Part shown: piece by piece, positions 49,321-62,729 of the stretch
Layout of the letters: each line of letters starts with the position of its first letter
Position numbering within the stretch: position 1 is the first letter of the stretch
Assembly: GCA_030390025.1 (NCBI GenBank)
Contig: CM059429.1
Coordinates: 147,188,001-147,252,000, forward strand
Direction: 5' to 3'
Length of the DNA: 64,000 bases
Source of the DNA: Squalus acanthias
Lineage: Eukaryota
The notes under the pieces: model-generated
Told to the model about the DNA's origin: nothing
The model's database searches: none
What the model saw: only the letters and a program-made list of their open reading frames with translations
Program-made: the position numbers and the translations under genes

Positions 49321-51736
49321 CTAAATTATACTGTAGTCTTGGAAATTGGATTTTACTGTTACTTAAAACCTGATGCACTTATCATTAATCACTCATAATT
49401 TAAACTTTGCAATTAATCGATTCAAAATACATTTAAACTTCAATCTCTCCTTATCCCTCCGGAGCCTTCTTACCCCTTCACTTTCCTCTGACCCCATCCC
49501 TTCTTCCAAACTCACCCCCTGCCGTGTTTTCACTATCCCCTCTGACCCCAAACGATCAGTCCTCAGCAAAGGCCGGAGCTTCATTCCCTTACGCCCCAGC
49601 TCAATGAATTTCGAGCTTGGCACGACGCAGAGCTCTTTTTCCGTCGCTTTCGTCTCCATGCCCACTTCTTTGGCCAGCAGTCTTCCCCCTCCCCCGCACA
49701 GTTTTCTCAGTTTTCAGAATTCTCGTTGTACCTGGACCCCTCCCTCTGGCCTCTTACCCTCTCTAGATCTTTTCATTGCGAATTGCCGGCGTGGCATCGG
49801 CCGTCTCAATTTCTCTGCTCCCCTCACTCACTCCAACCTACCTCCCTCTGAACTTGCAGCACTCCGTTCTCTCAGATCCAACCCCAACATTGTCAATTAA
49901 ACCTGCTGACAAGGGTGGCGCTGTTGTTTGGCGAACCGACCTCTACCTAGTGGAAGCTGAACGCCAACTCTGACACCTCCTCCTACCTCCACCTGGACCA
50001 TGACCCCACTACCAAACATCAAGCCATCATTTCCAAGATTATCACTGACCTCATCTCCTCTGGAGGTCTTCCCTCCACAGCCACCAACCTCATAGTCCCC
50101 CAACCCCGCACAGCCCGTTTCTACCTCCTTCCCAAGATCCACCAACAGGACTGCCCTGGTAGACCCATCGTTTCAGCCTGTTCTTACCCCACGGAACTGA
50201 TTTCTTCCCATCTCGACTCTTTCCTCCCCTTGTCCAGTCTTTTCTCACCTACATCCGCGACTCTTCCGACGCTTTAACAATTTCCTGGCCCCAACCATCT
50301 CCTTTTCACTATGGACGTCCAATCCCTCTACACCTCCATCTCCCACCAGGACGGTTTGAGGGTGCTCCGCTTCTTCCTTGAACAGAGGCCCAACCAGTCC
50401 CCATCCACCACCACCCTCCACCGCCTGGCTAAACTTGTTCTCACATTGAACAACTTCTCCTTTGACTCCACTGACTTCCTCCAAATTAAAGGTGTTGCTA
50501 TGGGAACCCGCATGGCTCCTAGCTATGCCTGCCTTTTCGTGGGATATGTGGAACATTCTTTGTTCCAGTCCTACTCAGGTCCCCTCCCTCGCCTCTTTTT
50601 CCGGTACATTGATGACTATATCGGTGCTGTTTCCTGCTCTCATTCTGAACTAGAAAATTTCATTCACTTTGCTTCCAATTTCCACCCTTTCCTCACCTTC
50701 ACATGGTCCATCTCCGCCTCTTCCCATCCCTTCCTTGACTTCTGTGTCACCATTTCTGGGGATAGGCGATCAATAAACATCCACTCTAAGCCCACTGACT
50801 CCCACAGCTACCTGGACTACACTTCCTCCCACCCCGCTTCCTGTAAGGACTCTATTCCATTCTCCCAGTTTCTCCGTCTCCATCGCATCTGTTCTGACGA
50901 CGCCACCTTCCATACTAGTGCTTCTGACATGTCTTCCTTTTTCTACAACCAAGGATTCCCCTCTATCGTGGTTGACATGGCCCTCGACCATGTCCATTCC
51001 ATTTCCTGCACTTCTGCTCTCACCCCTTCCCCTCCCTCCCAGAACCACGATAGGGTTCCCCTTGTCCTCACCTTTCACCCCACCAGCCTCCACATTCAAC
51101 AGATCATCCTCCGCCATCTCCAGTGTGATCCCACCACCAAGCATATCTTTCAGCATTCCGAAGGGACCGTTCACTCCGAGACACCCTGGTCCTCCACTCA
51201 ATCACCCCCTCCCCTTCCCACGGCACCTTCCCGTTCAAGCACAGGAGATGCAACACCTGCCCTTTTACCTCCTCCTTTCCCACTGTCCAGGGCTCCAAAC
51301 ACTCCTTCCAGGTGAAACAGCAATTTACTTGTACTTCTTGCAATTTAGTACACTGTATTCGCTGCTCACGATGTGGGCTCCTCTACATTGGGGAGACTAA
51401 ACGCAGATTGGTTGACCGCTTTGCAGAACACCTCCATTCAGTCTGTAAGCGTGACCCCGTCACTTTAATTCTCCGCTCCACTCCCACTTTGACCCCTCTT
51501 ACACTGTTCCAACGAAGCTCAACGTAAGCTCGAAGAACAGCAACTCATCTTTCGATTAGGCACTTTACAGCCTTCTGGACTCATCGAGTTCAACAATCTC
51601 AGACCATAACCTCTGCCCCTATTTTTTCACATGGCAGCTGTTGATGTTTCTGCCATTCCCGTTTATACCTCTTCTAGACTCATCTTTTGTTTCTTTTCTT
51701 GTCCCATTGCCATCTTCTTTTGCTTTGTACTATCAT

Positions 51737-52866
51737 CCTGGTTCCATTCTTATCTATCTAATCGTAACCAGAGAATCACCTGCAATGGCTTCTCTTCCCG
51801 CTCCCGCATCGTTACCTCTGGTGTCCCCCAAGGATCTATTCTTGGCCCCCTCCTATTTCTCATCTACATGTTGACCCTTGGCGACATCATCTGAAAACAC
51901 AGCATCAGTTTCCACATGTACGCTGATGACACCCAGCTCTACCTCACTACCTCTTCTCTCGACCCCTCCACGGTGTCTAAATTATCAGACTGCTTGTCTG
52001 ACATACAGGTCTGGATGAGCAAAAATTTTCTCCAATTGGGAAGACCGAAGCCATTGTTTTCGGCCCTTGCCACAAACTCCATTCCCTAACCACTGACTCC
52101 ATCCCTCTCCCTAACATCTGTCTGAGGCTGAACCACACTGTTCGCAACCATGATGTCATATTTGACTCTGAAATGAGCTTCCGACTACATATCCGCAGCA
52201 TAACAAAGACCGCCTACTTCCACCGCCATAACATTGCCCATCTCCGCCCTTGCCTCACCTCATCCGCTGCTGAAACCCTCATCCACGTCTTTGTTACCTC
52301 TAGACTTGACTATTCCAATGCACTCCTGGCTGGCCTCCCACATTCGACCCTATGTAAACGAGGTCATCCAAAACTCGGCAGCCCGTGCCCTAACTCGCAC
52401 CAAGTCCCGTTCGCCCATCTCCCCTGTACTCGCGGACCTACATTGGCTCCCGGTTAAGCACCGCCTCAATTTCAAAATTCTCATCCTTGTTTTCAAATCC
52501 CTCCATGGCCTCGCCCCTTGCTATCTCTGTAATCTCCTTCAGCCCCACAACCACCCCCACCCAAGATATCTGCGCTCCTCTAATTCTGCCCTCGAGCATC
52601 CCTGATTATAATCGCTCAACCTTTGGTAGCTATGCCTTCTGTTGCCTAGGCCCTAAGCTCTGGCATTCCCTGCCTAAACCTCTCCGCCTCGCTATCTCTT
52701 TTCTCCTTTAAGACGTTCCTTAAAACCTACCTCTTTGACCAAGCTTTTGGTCACCTGCCCTAATTTATCCTTGTGGCTCGGTGTCAAATTTTGTGTCTTA
52801 AAATACTCCTGTGCAGCACCTTGGGCGTTTTACTACGTTAAAGGCGCTATATAAATACAAGTTGTG
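51737..52866 (+). mobile_element. L2-type LINE 3' part nested in the Penelope element
   Basis: [26 protein letters not shown] and TSRLDYSNALL motifs, with tail aggcgctatataaatacaagttg. Confidence 0.9.
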
Positions 52867-52971
52867 TCATTTAATCTTTCCTGCCTTCCACCCGATCACA
52901 GACCTTCCCTTTTGTTCTTTCCTCCCCTCCCTCTGCACCTGCTCAAAATCTGTTAGGATGTAACCTATTCC

Positions 52972-53008
52972 AGTTCTGACGAAAGGTCATCGACCTGAAA
53001 CGTTAACT
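52972..53008 (+). ncRNA. Minimal hammerhead ribozyme motif in the Penelope pLTR
   Basis: AGTT-CTGACGA-A-AGGTC-atc-GACCT-GAAA-CG-TT-AACT. Predicted cleavage is after GUU at 53004. Confidence 0.78.
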
Positions 53009-54991
53009 CTGCTTCTCTCTCTCCCCACAGATGCTGCCTGACCTGCTGAGTATTTCCAGCATTTTCTGTTTCCATTTCAGATTTCCAGCATCTGCAGTAT
53101 TTTGCTTTTGTAGAAGATAATATTGTATTAAATAAGTTTGGAGATTGCAAATGAGAAAGGGATCAGATGGCACTTGGTATTCAGCATTTTGAAATTTTGT
53201 AGTAAGGTTTAAGATAACATTATCAATTTGGATTGACCAATATAACTATACTATAACTTAACTAATCAATACCTAACATGATCGTATTTATGATAATGCA
53301 GTTAATACTGTTAAATAAAACAGTATTAAGCTATTTCTGTGTTCAACTGTCTTTCATGACTCTGGCCAGTAAGAGTTACACTTCACTCAAGTGTTATAAT
53401 GCACTCCTGCTGTGATTGATCTGACTTGGCTAATTACCAGTATAATTTGGACTAGGGCAGCTGGAACAATCCAAAGGAATGTTAAGTTAGGCATTGTATA
53501 TTGAACCCAAGACATGAATGGTGGACCCCAATCTAATATTCCAACATGCATGTCAGGAAAGGTGGAGAAGAGTGTTATCTGATACTCTTCAACCAATTGC
53601 CTATTGCAATTTCCAAGACAATATTTCCTACATATTGCATGGAATTTAACACCCAATCACACAACTCAGTACACAAATTGTGCATTCAAATATTTAACAA
53701 AGGCAGTTTGCTGATCCAGAAAGCATTTTATTTCCCTGCCCAACTTGCAAAATTTTACATTTTCAGTACAATAAAAATCACATTTCCTTAACAAAACAAC
53801 CTCATATGCAAACACAGACAACCAGAAGCTTCTTTATATACAGCACAAGTCTTACAGGAGATGAAGAAAAACAATTCTAACATCTGAAAATACTGCAAGT
53901 TTTAACGTTTAAATCCTGCATACGGTCTGCATTTGCACCTGTGATTCCCTGCAAGTGAAGTTCCTGAACTCATTTTGGCCATCTGGGGAGGCACGATTCC
54001 CACAGGGAGATGGAAACATCTTGATGGTAAATCAACCATTTCACCACTTAGCTGCTGGTCATGGCAGCAGAGGATTTCAGAATAGGTTGCTTGCCTACCC
54101 AGATAATCATGCATGGTTTCAGGGACACAGAAGAAAAAAAATAACTGGAGGAAAAATAATAAGCAGGTTAACAGGTCAAGGCAATTATGATTTTTTAATA
54201 AATTCTGGCCATCTGAAAGGCATTCTTCAATAGCCAGCCGTTTGAAACAAATTGCTCATTTGGCATTGCTTCAATTCACATTCCATCAACTGCTGCAAAG
54301 TAAAAAAGAATTCTGCCTAGTATCCAGTAAAAAGAAAATCAAATTAAGTATATGCCTACAATCTGCTATCTCATAAGAATTACTGTACTTGATAATTTAC
54401 AAAAATATTTTTGTGTAGCATTTACGACTGCAGGGGTTTCAAAGTGTAAAGCAAATTGCATTTTGTAAGTCAGCACAAAGAATTTTTGGGGGGAAATTAG
54501 GTGAATTTTTTTTTTTTTTTTAAACTCAATCTCTTCTGCTATACATGAAGTGAAAAACTGTTTCTATCACAGCTTTCACATGTTGAGTGATTTCCAGATG
54601 TGTTACAATTCTGGATTCGGTGGGAGGAATCTGAAAAATAAACATGAAATGCAACATTTTCCCCCCCCAATTGGGCCAAAACCCTTTTCAAGCGATTTAC
54701 TAATTACCTGCAGAGACTTTTTTTTGGGGGGGGGGGGGGGAGAAAGGAAGAGAGAAAGAGCAAAAAAAAACACACACCCCTCCCTTCTGCCAGGCTGAAT
54801 CAACTGAAATGACCCATAAAAGCATACAAATGATTTGATTCGTTAACAGAACTGCCACAAAAGCTCTGAAATAATTTCTGTGCTCAGCTCAATACCAGAT
54901 ACAGATTTGTGGTGAAATACTAAATACATACAAAGAGACAGGATAAGTTACTCATACAAAAACCATTTTAGGGCTGAGTTATGGTCTCTAC

Positions 54992-55272
54992 AAAAGTTTT
55001 TATAACTAGATCACTCTCAAAACTGTTCAGAAACATTAAACTGCAGTGCTTTGTCGGCTGCAATCTTTGCAATTTAGAAAGTTTGAATAGTGTCTTCATA
55101 GTGCTACCAAATGCCGCAAAGCAACCTACTGTGAAGACTGTAGCCAATGTTGTAGTTTGCCATCATGAAGTTCCTGTACCCAAGAGTACTGAATTGCAAA
55201 GATAGCAGCCGACAAAGCACTGTAGTTTGATGTTTTTGAACAGTTTTGAGTGATCTAGTTATTAAAACTTTG
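54992..55272. repeat. Long inverted repeat (about 80-bp arms, about 115-bp spacer), probable MITE
   Basis: 54992-55075 pairs with 55191-55272 (ataactagatcact...gtgctttgtcggctgc / gcagccgacaaagcac...agtgatctagttat) with few mismatches. Confidence 0.8.
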
Positions 55273-57099
55273 ATACAATCTCACTGTAACAGGCAAAAAA
55301 AAACACTACAGTAAACTCGCATCTTCCACTACCTTTGATACTCCCAGACCAGTCCATTTGTTAAAAGGGAATTTAATTGCAAGAAATTCTTCTTGTAGTG
55401 TTTTTTCCCCTATTATCACCAATTTTTCTCCCCTCCTCTCCTGAAGACAATGACTCCTTGTTGGCATATGTTCTACAGGTGTCAAGCACCCTTCAGTACC
55501 TCACTTAACTGGCCATTATTCATGTGTGAGTCTCGACAGTGAGCATCAGCATGCTACTGAACTGTGGTGGGTTTCATAGCCAAGCCCGATCCTTTCCTTA
55601 CCGGACATCCACACATGCACACTTCCAGCACGGTCCATGAAAAGTAAATCAGTTGAATTCAACTGATATAGCTTATCTATGTAGTTTCATCTATGGAGAG
55701 AGTTTGTGTTCAAAATTACACCTCCGTTTCCAATTGAAAAAATATAAGTGTAAAAATATTGACCCCAGGCTGATTCCTTGAGTTCATTGACAAGGAAGCT
55801 CCCAGAGCAACACTAGTAATTACACTGAAGGCTGCAACTTTTACACTAATCTAGGAGACAACCTGTGAAAAATATATAACTGGAGTGGTCTCAAGGTGAG
55901 AAGAGCAGATATGGAAGGCCTCATGGAATGAGAAATTAAGTTTTTAGAAAAAGTCAGTGAATATTGTTATTTTTCCCAATGGACAATGAGGAAATACTTC
56001 ATGCAAAAAAGTATGGGCATTAGTAGCTCTCCAGTACCTTGCCCAAGTGGCTATTCTTCATGTGCGAGCTCAGTGAATGTTGACAGGCTAGTCAATCCCA
56101 GAGAGCATCATAGACTAGTTTGATCTTTTCCTCACATGACATCAACACACACACACACTTGCCAGCATCAGAAGCCACTGAATAATGAGCAGGAATAAGA
56201 ATGCTGATTTCTCCCCCAGTACAGATGTCGACTATCACATTTTACTGCTACCATCTCACATATCAGGCAACTGTCCCCGATTTACCAGATGCTATGAAGA
56301 CTGCAGTGTCTCCATTTTAGGCTGTCTTGGCTACAAAAAGTACCCCCTAAACAGCCTACAGAAAGAGCAGTGGCACATAGGTGTCACAGGTCTCTGTTTG
56401 AGGTTCCAGATCTTGATCATTAAGGTAACAGTGCTTTATGCATTAGTGGGAAAAGGTTAATAAACCCCATAAAGAATCTTTTAAAACTTGGGTTTCCTCA
56501 TTTTTTAGATGTAGAGAAGCAACTGTCTCAGCAAAATTAATTTTGCACTACATTGCTGGCAACCTCAAGTTATGCAAAATATTCCTTGCATGAATAGTGC
56601 ATTACGGCATCAATTTCAGCTATAATTCACTAAAAATGCTTTTACTGAAAAAGATTACTCCATGAAGGTAGCCTAAATCTAAATATACGTACACAATCCT
56701 AGAAATATTGTGTGAAATGGAAACAAGCATGTAGTACCTGTAATATACAGGTTGTAAAGGGAGATAAATCGACACTTAGACGTTTCACCATCACGTGCTC
56801 TTACGGTGTTGTGCACTTTAAAACAACCAAATAAAAACAGCCTGAGAGCAGATGACGTAGAGTGCCCTCTTCGTCAATCCAACACCATGAAGGCCCAGTC
56901 CAGTGACGTTATGAATGGGGAAATTAATGCTACCCACATCATTATGTACAAGTACTGAATCTTTGTTTTTATAGCATTCAGGATGTGACTACCCAGCACA
57001 ATAAACTTTCTCTTGAATAGAAAGTGTCTAGCAGGGAATATTTATTCTGTGCACTTTGTGTAGCAAACTTGCAAATGTATTTATAAATGACAGTACAAT

Positions 57100-57105
57100 T
57101 TTATT
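57100..57105 (-). terminator. Candidate PCNP polyadenylation signal
   Basis: TTTATT on the plus strand (AATAAA on minus), about 1.46 kb downstream of the PCNP stop and after repeat-free UTR-like sequence. Alternatives lie at 57041 and about 57507. Confidence 0.45.
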
Positions 57106-58565
57106 ACAAATAGCAAACAGATAAAATTTTCACCAAAGATCTTAATAGTTCAATTATTCTCCAAGGATGTTATTCCTAACCTTCATATTTCTGGCAGATC
57201 TATACAACGGAAAACACCGAGCTGGGTATACAGCTTGCTACAGACAGTCTGCACTACAGCTGGAAAAGGAAGGCCTGCTGTTAGGATTTTTGAAGGGTGA
57301 GCCCAAAGACAGAACTAGGATACCCAATACAAGAATAGGGGTTCCAGCACACCAAAGAATAGAATAAAACAAATGCGTAAATTTACTGGACTCAGCAAAA
57401 GTGCAAGAGTCCAGAAGATGAGCATTCTAAACCTCGAATGTTTGAGTTACCAATGGTAGAATGTCATGTGGTACACTGGGAACAGTAACACCATCCATGT
57501 TTAGAGTTTATTATTTATCGTAGTTGTACAGCAGAACTAATAGACAAGACTTTTGAAGCCCGAGGATGGGACAGTAAGAATTTCAGCAAAGCTGTGGCTG
57601 TACTGATTCATGTGGATACAACAGCATCAGTTAATTATAAATAGTGAGGTTTTTAATTTGTACCTTCAAACTCCTAATCTGCTCTTACTTGCAGTTGTTT
57701 TGCCAACTGTTTCTCACTGGACATGTATCTTGTGAGAATAGGAATAATGGTGTTCACTGTACTCTAATGGGGCATGCCAAATGATAACATTTGTATTTCA
57801 CATAATACCGTGACCCCATTAATAATAATCTGAAATAAAGACATGCAGTAATATGGGAGTACTGATATGTGCATGAAGTGGCAAGGCACAGTTTGCACCT
57901 GCCATTCCAAACACAGTGATTTCCTGTTCTGCATCACAAGGATAGAACAGTCGATGGGAAAGTTAAACTATTCCTACTTGAGTTTATACACAACCTAGGA
58001 ACACATCACTAGCCCACCCTCTTGCTGGGAAATGGTGTGGCACGAGGAAATTTTAATTTTTTTTGGCAGGTTTTTAATTTTTGCATGACATGAAATTTGC
58101 TTAAACCAAAAATATCCCTCCCACAGTAAAATATAAAACTGTTCTCAGGAGCTATGCAATTAGTGACCATGAACTTTTCAATGGTGTGAAAATTAACTAA
58201 ACTTTTCCTTGCTACTTTTAAGTTGTAGATATGTTAGTTTAAAGCACTCCAAACCAAATAGCCCACTGCGACACACTAAAAATAATCAACGGTAGCTACG
58301 AGAGATGACACAAGATCTAAATGTCAACTTCTGTGTCAAAATATCCCGCCAATGAAATTGTATGAAGGGGTTATCTACTGTTTACTAAACACATTGCACT
58401 CATTACAATTTATAGTGAGACAGTCTTTAAGTATACATTATACACTTATCGTTGAAAATGGTTTCCATTTCAAAGCATTCTGGAGGGTTTTGAACTCATC
58501 TTAAACCCTAAATTTCCTTTCTACCTCCCACATCTCACTCAACGCTGGCTTTTGAATAATGGCAT

Positions 58566-58689
58566 TTAGTCCTCGTCTCCAAAATTCCGCAGCTGACTTT
58601 TCATTTTCCGCTCCCATAACCTCTGGTTGTCAGAAAATCCTTGTTTTCCTTTGTTGAAGGAATTTGGTCCTGCTGATGTTGGTGTTTCT
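58566..58689 (-). CDS. PCNP: PEST proteolytic signal-containing nuclear protein, last coding exon
   Basis: The minus strand encodes (R)[40 protein letters not shown]-stop, with acceptor ttcctgcag. [14 protein letters not shown] is the PCNP hallmark. Not in the ORF track. Confidence 0.95.
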
Positions 58690-58799
58690 CTGCAGGAAGA
58701 CAATGTAAATTACCAAACGGCATAACTGAGTGCATAAATGTATTAATGTGTCACTTTAATGTGTAAAAAAAAAAAAGTGCTTCAATCTCAGAGTGGGAG

Positions 58800-59935
58800 C
58801 TTATAGAGTCATGCAGCACAGAAAGAGGCCCTTCGGCCCATCGTGTCCACGCCGGCCATCAAGCCCTGTCTATTCTAATCCCATTTTCCAGCACTTGGTC
58901 CGTAGCCTTGTATGCTATGGCATTTCAAGTGCTCATCTTAAATGCTTCTTGACTGTTGAGGGTTCCTGCCTCTACCACCCTTTCAGGCAGTGAGTTTCAG
59001 ATTCCAACCACCCTCTGGGTGAAAAAGTTTTTCCTCAAATCCCCTCTAAACCTCCTGCCCCTTACCTTGAAACTATGCCCCCTGGTTATTGACCCCTCTA
59101 AGGGAAAAGTTCCTTTCTATCTACGCCTCATAATTTTGTACACCTCAATCAGGTCCCCCCTCAGCCTTCTCTGCTCTAAGGAAAACAACCCCAGCCTGTC
59201 CAGTCTCTCTTCATAGTTGAAGCGCTCCAGCCCAGGTAACATCCTGTTGAATCTCCTCTGCACCCTCTCCAATGCAATCACATCCTTCCTATAGTGTGGC
59301 GACCAGAACTGCACACAGTATTCCAGCTGTGGCCTAACTAGCGTTTTGTACACCTCCATCATAACCTCCTGCTCTTATATTCTATGCCTCGGCTAATGAA
59401 GGCAAGTATCACATATGCCTTTTTAACCACCTTATCTACCTGTCCTGCTGCCTTCAGGGATCTATGTACATGCACACCAAGGTCCCTCTGATCCTCTGTC
59501 CTTCCTAGGGTCCAACCATTCATTGTGTATTCCCTTGCCTTGTTAGTCCTCCCAAAATGCATCACCTCACACTTTTCAGGGTTAAGTTCCATTTGCCATT
59601 GTTCTGCCCATCTGACCAACCCGTCTATATCGTCCTGCAGCCTGAGGCTTCCCTCCTCGCTATTTACCACTCCACCAATTTTCGTGTCATCTGCGAACTT
59701 ACTGATCATACCTCCTACATTCATATCTAAATCATTAATGTACACTACAAACAGCAAGGGACCCAGCACCGATCCCTGCGGTACACCACTGGACACAGGC
59801 TTCCAGTCACAAAAACAACCTTCGACCATCACCCTCTGCCTCCTGCCACTAAGCCAATTTTGGATCCAATGTGCCAAATTGCCCTGGATCCCATGGGCTC
59901 TTACCTTCTTGACCAGTCTCCCATGTGGGACTTTA
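58800..59935 (-). mobile_element. CR1-type LINE 3' fragment in the last PCNP intron
   Basis: ORFs 59359-59970 and 59117-59362 carry [16 protein letters not shown] and LVRPQLEYCVQFWSP. Confidence 0.9.
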
Positions 59936-62219
59936 TTCAAATTTATAAAAGTCATCATAGTCCCCAACAAAACAATCTCTGGTTCTTAAATCATTGTTTC
60001 ATAAAGTGTAGAAGACATAATACAAGTGAATTATTACATTTTACTATTAAAGCTGCTCAACTGACATTTAAGGAGACAGCAGTGCTAGCTGTTTGTTTCC
60101 TTATTTAAACCATGCTAACTGAACAGCAACATACAAAAAATGCTAGAGTTGTATTCTACAGAAATACTTTTTTAAAACAAAGTTCATTTCCATCCAATTT
60201 TGATGCTTACATAAACTTACAGATTTCAGTTTTCCCTCTGTCCATTTCAAGACGAGGTCTAAAGCTTACAAGGAATTATCTGGAAAATGTTTACATGCAA
60301 TCTCTGCAAATGCTTTTCTCTTTCATTCAGATATACGTAAAAATGTGCAATTTTAGCAACAGTTTCTATTATTAAACTACATTATTTAGAATTAAGTAAC
60401 CAACTGCCCTTTTTGATGAGTCTTTTTTTGGTTACCGCAGTTCTTAAGTTATACTCGAGAACATTTATATGAGCAGTGATCACTGAATTCAATCATATGG
60501 CTTTGACAGCAGGACTCACGAAAATTACCACTTTGTAATTTATAACATATAACATTAAAAAAATAAGCCAAGCACTCAAAACTATTTTATTCTACTTGCC
60601 AGCAAAAATTCTTTAATAAAATTAAAATAGGAGCAAGTACTGCAACAATGTTCCTTATAAACCTTTCAGATTACTTTTGGATTTCACTAGCTTGCACATT
60701 ATATTTTAGTGGCGTTAATCTGATATTGGCAAGATTGTAGAGAATATGCAAGAACAGTTATAAGTAACATTCACAATGTTAATGAGATTGATAATGTTTT
60801 GTTCAGTAATGGTATCAAGGGATACGGGCAACGGTGGGTAAATCGAGTGGATGTTCAGCCATCATCTAATTGAATGGCTCGAGTGGCTCTTGTTCTTATG
60901 TTAAGTATTACTGGCATTTGCAGTTAGTTAACTATGGTTGATGAATACTAGAAGAGCCAGTCAATTTTATTACAGCTTCACACCATTCACAATATTATCT
61001 AAAGCATATAAATGATTTGAGCTTGCAAACATCAAATTAATAACATAAGTGCATTGTTAAAAATACAATATAAGGCACGTTATTTTAGTGGAATAAAAAG
61101 TTAATTTTAAGGGTGTATAGCATGTGAAAATTATAGTAAATCTAATTTTAGTGAATAATCTGTAAAAGAAAACAAAAATATGCATTGGTAACATTTTATT
61201 CACATACTTCCAACTGAACTATATTTGGCATGCTTAAAATATCTATTTAATTCTAAGCAGCGTGCCTGACCTTCTGGCACCGGTGTCACCCAGATTGGTT
61301 AAATTAATGTAGGAAGACTTCCCTTTAAAATTAAGATATAAAAATAGAGGGTTCTGCACCACAGGCTGATCAACAATCGGTAGTCAGTAGTAGCAGACAG
61401 CCTGTAATAGTCTTCTAGAAAAAGCAAGCTGCCTCTCCATCTTTGCAGAAGCAGCAGCCTCTCTGTCAGTTCACTAGGGTTCACTTTCTTCTATGGGAAC
61501 TTTTGCATAGTGGACACAGAGGAGTTGTCCTAATAGCTCCACCCGTAGAGCTATTAGGATAGGGAGTAGGGTACAGTGCCGGCTTGTGCAGTAGCCAGTT
61601 GCAAGCAAAGAAAAATGTCACTTAACTTTATAAGTGCCCAAGTTCAGAGAAAGGAGAGAGTGAAGCCAGCTCAGTTATCGTCACTGGTGTTTAAGGTGGG
61701 TTGAGTTGGAACCAAATATCCAAGTGTAACAGATAGGCCCGCCACAAAGGGGTTCATCGACTCAACACTCAAGAAGCTAACACCTGCGTCCCAGGGAAGG
61801 AAGGAGATAGACTAAACCTAATTAGGATAACCTAATTGAGTGTTATTAAATGAAATTCATTTTGATCCAATCCGAGTTAAATGCAACAGTTCGGCAAGCT
61901 GAGTCATGGATCATTCATCCCTAGACCTAGGCTGGGTGGTAAATCCTAATTCCTTTGTAAGGATTCATCTGGTTCCTCAGTGTATACTTATCAGGATACC
62001 GAAACCCAGCTTTCTTACAATATATCTTCATAACCACAGAGCATCATTTTTGTTTTGTGATTAAAAGAGGATGCCACAAGAATCTGTCTGAAAGTCAGGA
62101 AAACTCTTACTGCAGATGGCTACCTAATAATGTCACACTGGTATAGCGCAATAGGTGCGCCCAGTGAGTTATGGCTTTCATGTTTTGAACCTTAATAGTT
62201 GAAATTACTAAAACCCTAC

Positions 62220-62275
62220 CGTCCCATATTCTTCATGCGCATTTTTGCTTCAGGGGGCATTTCCTCAGGCTCACT
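62220..62275 (-). CDS. PCNP: PCNP penultimate coding exon
   Basis: 56-nt exon encoding SEPEEMPPEAKMRMKNMG(R), with acceptor ctgcag and donor GTAGGG. Phase matches exon 58566-58689. Confidence 0.95.
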
Positions 62276-62729
62276 CTGCAGGCAGAAAAAAAAAGATTCC
62301 ATTAACCCATCTTTTATAATACAGGTGTTATATTTCAAGCCTAAACTGAGTTAAATAAGTAAACTTTATAAAGTTGGAAGAATTGGGTTTTCTAAATTCT
62401 TGGCACAAAAATTCTAGCCATCAAGAAGATCCAGCAGAAATTTTGCACATTCCCTGGATTCCTGATGCAACAGTCCAATTATATTCACCATTAAAAATAG
62501 CCATCCTCTATAGGAAATCTTACTGACTGTCCTGCTTAGCATGCCAATTAGTCATTTAGCTATGACACCATGCACACAGAAGCTTGAGGTTCTCCCATAT
62601 GAAACAGTAGCATCAAAATACAGGAAAATACAGCTGCCAAAAAAAACTTCACTGGTTACATGGGGAGGCTGCAATGCCTGGATGGGTGTTGAAACATCAT
62701 TTTAAAAAGCCTCTGATCAGTATACATTA

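Larger units (their letters stand above)
49440..53112 (+). mobile_element. Penelope-like element (RT plus GIY-YIG endonuclease), decayed and split by an L2 insertion
   Basis: IKPADKGGAVV, MDVQSLYTSI, QIKGVAMGTRMAPSYA and FRYIDD RT motifs, and GIY-YIG-type VHCIRCSRCGLLYIGETKRRLVDRFAEH. The 3' terminal repeat is at 52867-53112. Confidence 0.92.

Noticed and set aside
50311-51527. 334-aa RT ORF plus nuclease ORF considered as a novel RT-nuclease system or domesticated gene
   Set aside because: The motifs are those of an ordinary Penelope RT plus GIY-YIG polyprotein, broken by frameshifts and stops and followed by an L2 insertion.
54719-54740. T-run followed by a long G homopolymer (similar G runs at about 3510, 3980 and 24750)
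   Set aside because: These are simple homopolymers with uncertain sequenced length and no supporting evidence of function.
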